Source: Candidatus Yonathbacteria bacterium RIFCSPLOWO2_01_FULL_47_33b
GTDB taxonomy: Bacteria; Patescibacteriota; Minisyncoccia; Phycocordibacterales; UBA1550
Direction of reading: 5' to 3'
Length of the DNA stretch: 64,000 nt
Assembly (NCBI GenBank): GCA_001823575.1
Contig: MHUW01000016.1
Span: forward strand, 2,099-66,098
Shown here: positions 60,753 through 64,000 of the stretch, in pieces
Numbering within the stretch: the first letter of the stretch is position 1
Layout: every line of letters begins with the position of its first letter
The notes under the pieces: model-generated
Databases searched by the model: none
What the model saw: the letters and a program-made list of their open reading frames with translations, nothing else
Told to the model about the DNA's origin: nothing
Position numbers and translations under genes: made by a program

Positions 60753-60878
60753 CGGGGATCTCCCCCGATATTAAGAAGGTAAAAAAACGAGCCTTATAAA
60801 GTTAGGTTCGTTTTTTTATTTTTCCTATCACCTAAAAAGTTATTGACATCAAAAAAGAGGTTTTGGTCAGATATCACT

Positions 60879-61073
60879 ATGTCATCGACAAGTGAGGCCA
60901 AAAACAAAAAACAACCCTTGGACGAGGCAGTTGATTTGTTTGCTTCTATTATGGTCTCACTCATCGATGAGGTGGGTTTAGCAAAAAAAGAATCGCAAAG
61001 AGTCATCAGTAATTTATCCAACAATAATGGAACCAATCAAAAAAATAATAGAGTCCTACCAACTCAACTCTAG
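60879..61073 (+). CDS. Small hypothetical protein
   Basis: Preceded by TTGACA at 60843; overlaps the next gene. Confidence 0.5.
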   Translation: MSSTSEAKNKKQPLDEAVDLFASIMVSLIDEVGLAKKESQRVISNLSNNNGTNQKNNRVLPTQL

Positions 61074-61524
61074 TCCACGCTCACAAGGGGGTGCGAACAG
61101 GCAAGAGCCAGAATACGAGCAAGCTTTTACGAGACCTGCGGACTTCTCTGATAAACAGACAACATATTGCACTGTTTACAACGGACTTACTCCAAGATTT
61201 GATTTAACACCAATTGAAATTCTTGTCCTAGCGATGACAATAGGGCTTTCAAGGAAAAATAAACCCTGCATAGCCAGTCAATTGACGTTTGCGAGTACAT
61301 TCAATGTGTCCGACCCGACAGCACAAGAGGCATTAAAACGCTTAGAGAAGAAGGGCGTAATAGAGAGGACAGGTAGATTAAGTAGATACCGTACACACGA
61401 ATTAGTGTTAACCAAACAGGCAAGTGATTACTTGAGAAATTTGCAGGCGCAAATCAAACTCAAAAAAATACACAACGAAGAAGAGCGTAATCGGTCTAAA
61501 GATTCTTTAGATAATAATTATTAA
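61027..61524 (+). CDS. Winged-HTH protein, replication-initiator-like
   Basis: CIASQLTFASTFNVSDPTAQEALKRLEKKGVIER. Confidence 0.7.
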   Translation: MEPIKKIIESYQLNSSPRSQGGANRQEPEYEQAFTRPADFSDKQTTYCTVYNGLTPRFDLTPIEILVLAMTIGLSRKNKPCIASQLTFASTFNVSDPTAQEALKRLEKKGVIERTGRLSRYRTHELVLTKQASDYLRNLQAQIKLKKIHNEEERNRSKDSLDNNY

Positions 61525-61680
61525 TAATAAAGAATTAAATTTAACCTTCTTTATTTAAATAATTATTGTACCAAGTTTCTTTAGATGTGAGTTTGAGTTT
61601 CTTTATAGGTGCTCCTGCGAATGCGGATAACTCAGGTTGTCCTCTACAAGGTCGGAATATATTATTAAAAGCAAAGCATT

Positions 61681-63264
61681 ATGAAAAAAGAAAAAATTGC
61701 CGTGGGGTATTGTAGGGTTAGTACTGATGACCAAGCAGACAATGGACTTTCCCTTGATTACCAAGAGAAGCAATGTAAAAAATCAGCAAAAGAGGATGGG
61801 TATGAAAAAGTGACCATAATTAGAGATGAAGGTAAAAGTGGAACAAGTATAACCAAGAGGCCGGGGATGCGAGAAATAATACAAATGACTGAGAACAGCG
61901 AAATATCCGCTGTGTATGTAACCCACTCTGACCGTCTAGCACGCAGTGTGGTAGATCATTCTCTCATCAGAAATATATTCCGCAAGAATGGAGTAACTCT
62001 AAAATATCTCAACGGGCAATCCTCTGGCGATGACGCCTCTTCAATCGTTGCTGATAACATGTTCGCGGCTTTCAATCAGTACCATAGCGACAACACCAGA
62101 GAAAAAACAAAACAGGCTACAGACTCAAAAGCAAGAGCGGGGTACTTCCCCACTCACGCCCCTACGGGCTACATCAACGTCGCAAACCCTGACAAGAATT
62201 GTGAGAAAGTTGCAAAAAGAATTATTGTACCAAACCCTAAAACATCACCCCTCGTAACTGAGGCTTTTAATTCGTACGCAACAGGAAGATACAATGCATA
62301 CGAACTCAATGACCTACTGTATGAAAAAGGTTTAACCACAAACGCTAACAAAAAACTTACGCACAGCATGTTTTATGTGATGCTAAAAAACAGACTATAT
62401 CTTGGAGAAATCCACTGGCAGAGTATCCACATTAAAGAAGGCAAGCACGAGCCTCTCATTGATGAGGCGACTTTCAATCAAGTACAAAAAGTTATGTTAG
62501 AAAAATCTGGTAGTCGCTGTCGTCGAAGAAAATACTTCTGGCTTCTTAATGGATATGTTTTCTGCCCTGTTCATAACCGCAGGTTTACAGCAGAATGGCA
62601 CTTACCCAAAGGAAAGGCATACTATCACTGCCCGAACAAGAGTGGGTGTGGAAAATATATTGAGAAATCGGAACTTGAAAATCAAGTTGCGGAAAAATTC
62701 AAGGATCTACAATTCGACCCCACCTTTGTGGAATCCATTATTGAAAAAGTTAGGGCTACTTTTCAAGGAAGGAGAAAGGATTATGACTCCAAACAAAGGA
62801 CACTGATCAATCAAAAGAATGCGTGGGGAGCGAAACGCAAAGTCGCAGAAGACCGTCTGCTCGACCTTACCATTTCTAAAGAAGCCTATACTCGCATAGT
62901 TGATGAAATAGACTCTGCTATCAGTAGTTTGGACGACAAACTAGGGCAACTCAAAAAGGATAAGGATATCGACATTGAGCGAGCCGACGAGGTGCTTGGC
63001 TTCACCCAAGACCTCTACGGCACTTATATGAGCGCACCAGAGGCTCTACAGAAGCTTTTTATAGACTTCTTCTTTGACGGATTTGATGTCGTTGATGGGG
63101 TTATAATAAAAACGCGATACCGTCCATTATTTGAGGAATTAATGCGACTAAAAGTCATTACTTACAAAACACCGAAACTACAAAAACCCGTTGATAACGA
63201 AGGAAAGTCCTCGGTTATAATAAACCCACAATTGGGTGGCTACTGGGAATTGAACCCAGATTGA
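61681..63264 (+). CDS. Large serine recombinase
   Basis: YCRVSTDDQ, DEGKSG, RPG, DRLARS, recombinase domain, Zn ribbon (YYHC) and coiled coil. Confidence 0.95.
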   Translation: MKKEKIAVGYCRVSTDDQADNGLSLDYQEKQCKKSAKEDGYEKVTIIRDEGKSGTSITKRPGMREIIQMTENSEISAVYVTHSDRLARSVVDHSLIRNIFRKNGVTLKYLNGQSSGDDASSIVADNMFAAFNQYHSDNTREKTKQATDSKARAGYFPTHAPTGYINVANPDKNCEKVAKRIIVPNPKTSPLVTEAFNSYATGRYNAYELNDLLYEKGLTTNANKKLTHSMFYVMLKNRLYLGEIHWQSIHIKEGKHEPLIDEATFNQVQKVMLEKSGSRCRRRKYFWLLNGYVFCPVHNRRFTAEWHLPKGKAYYHCPNKSGCGKYIEKSELENQVAEKFKDLQFDPTFVESIIEKVRATFQGRRKDYDSKQRTLINQKNAWGAKRKVAEDRLLDLTISKEAYTRIVDEIDSAISSLDDKLGQLKKDKDIDIERADEVLGFTQDLYGTYMSAPEALQKLFIDFFFDGFDVVDGVIIKTRYRPLFEELMRLKVITYKTPKLQKPVDNEGKSSVIINPQLGGYWELNPD

Positions 63265-63307
63265 GAGTTCCACAAACTCTAGTGTTAACCATTACACCAT
63301 AGCCACC
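63235..63307 (-). tRNA. tRNA-His(GTG)
   Basis: G-1; acceptor GTGGCTA/TAGCCAC; anticodon loop TTGTGGA; T-arm CTGGG-TTCAATT-CCCAG; full CCA not encoded. Confidence 0.95.
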
Positions 63308-63341
63308 ATGCATTTTTTGCCCTTACGGCCACACATGCCGT

Positions 63342-63911
63342 CTACTTGTACGTAGGCGGCTCCTCCGTTATACCAGATTTATGGTTCACTTGTCGAGCGA
63401 GCGCATAGAGGAGGCTGGAAAGGCGGTTTAGGTACGCAAGGGTCTCTTTGCCGACAGGAGTCACCCCCTCATCTGCCACCCCCACCACGCGGCGCTCGGC
63501 ACGGCGCGCAAGCGTGCGGGAAAAGTCGAGCGTAGCCGCAAGCTCAGTACCACCAGAAACAAAGAAACTCGTAATAGGTGGCAGCTCAGCCTCTATCGCG
63601 TCGATCATTACCTCCAGCCCCTTCACCTTGGCAGCTTCGATGTGCTTGTCTGCTCCCGCAACCTCCGCTTGGATGATAAAAAGATTTTGCTGAACCTCAT
63701 CAACGACACCCGCAAGAGAGAACGCTGTGTCGGGACCACCAGGCACGACAACCTCGGCCGAACGTGGGTTTACTTTAACCACCCCAAGAAATGAGTTTAC
63801 TTCATCAAGTGCACCCAGAGCCTCGGCAACCGCCGAGCTTTTTGAGATGCGCTGATCGCAACAACCAAACGTCTTGGTCGTGCCGTTGTCGCCTTTACCT
63901 GTGTAGAGCAT
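63342..63911 (-). CDS. PduO-type cob(I)alamin adenosyltransferase
   Basis: YTGKGDNGTT, GALDEVNS, RRAER and YLNRLSS motifs. Confidence 0.93.
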   Translation of the reverse strand: MLYTGKGDNGTTKTFGCCDQRISKSSAVAEALGALDEVNSFLGVVKVNPRSAEVVVPGGPDTAFSLAGVVDEVQQNLFIIQAEVAGADKHIEAAKVKGLEVMIDAIEAELPPITSFFVSGGTELAATLDFSRTLARRAERRVVGVADEGVTPVGKETLAYLNRLSSLLYALARQVNHKSGITEEPPTYK

Positions 63912-63939
63912 TTTTTAATCATACCAAACTTTGCACAAA

Positions 63940-64000
63940 TTGACAATAATGGTAATTTTTGATATAATTAGAACAGTTAATTCTTTGATTTTTAAGGAGG
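63940..64000 (+). promoter_or_regulatory. Consensus promoter and SD for a gene beyond the window
   Basis: TTGACA (63940)-17 bp-TATAAT (63963), then TTCTTTGA and AAGGAGG. Confidence 0.8.

Larger units (their letters stand above)
48400..63264. mobile_element. tRNA-His-associated integrative island (left boundary uncertain)
   Basis: Recombinase abuts the tRNA 3' end; AT-richer ORFan and defence-like cargo; no second att copy found by eye. Confidence 0.65.

Noticed and set aside
870-63693. Numerous short overlapping ORFs in the six-frame track (e.g. 1859-2413, 4813-5433, 22949-23560, 43724-44365)
   Set aside because: Antisense or alternate-frame shadows of well-supported genes, with no motifs

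Overview
Chromosomal segment of a small-genome bacterium, most likely Patescibacteria/CPR (Parcubacteria-like). This is inferred from the eukaryote-type GlyRS, an IleRS with an inserted phosphatase domain, rplK without rplA, mostly leader-poor core genes, and CPR-type secreted proteins. Standard code 11 fits. 1-20.6 kb is housekeeping: rpsF, tatD, metG, glyS, recO, ileS, argS, a tmk-dut-dcd-thyA cluster and secE-nusG-rplK. 21-47 kb is mixed: a four-gene two-component module, a large tail-fibre-like surface protein, pgi, DsbA/VKOR, an M23 peptidase, a CsoR-regulated copper operon and xfp-ackA. About 47-63.3 kb is an AT-richer accessory island ending at a tRNA-His into which a large serine recombinase ORF runs. 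The island carries a Panacea-type toxin-antitoxin pair, an AAA-wHTH gene between two ~115-bp repeats, HEPN-like genes, an 813-aa Zn-finger/PD-(D/E)XK-like gene, an IS256-like element with clear IRs and 8-bp target duplication, and an HhH glycosylase-like gene. Best leads: (1) a G9 tract that puts the signal peptide of the tail-fibre-like protein out of frame (candidate phase variation); (2) a candidate two-gene defence system with an 11-bp-period repeat array upstream; (3) a multi-stem RNA leader with GAAA and UUCG tetraloops; (4) boxA-like plus SD leaders and shared terminators on self-contained accessory genes. All calls come from reading motifs by eye; no database searches were run.
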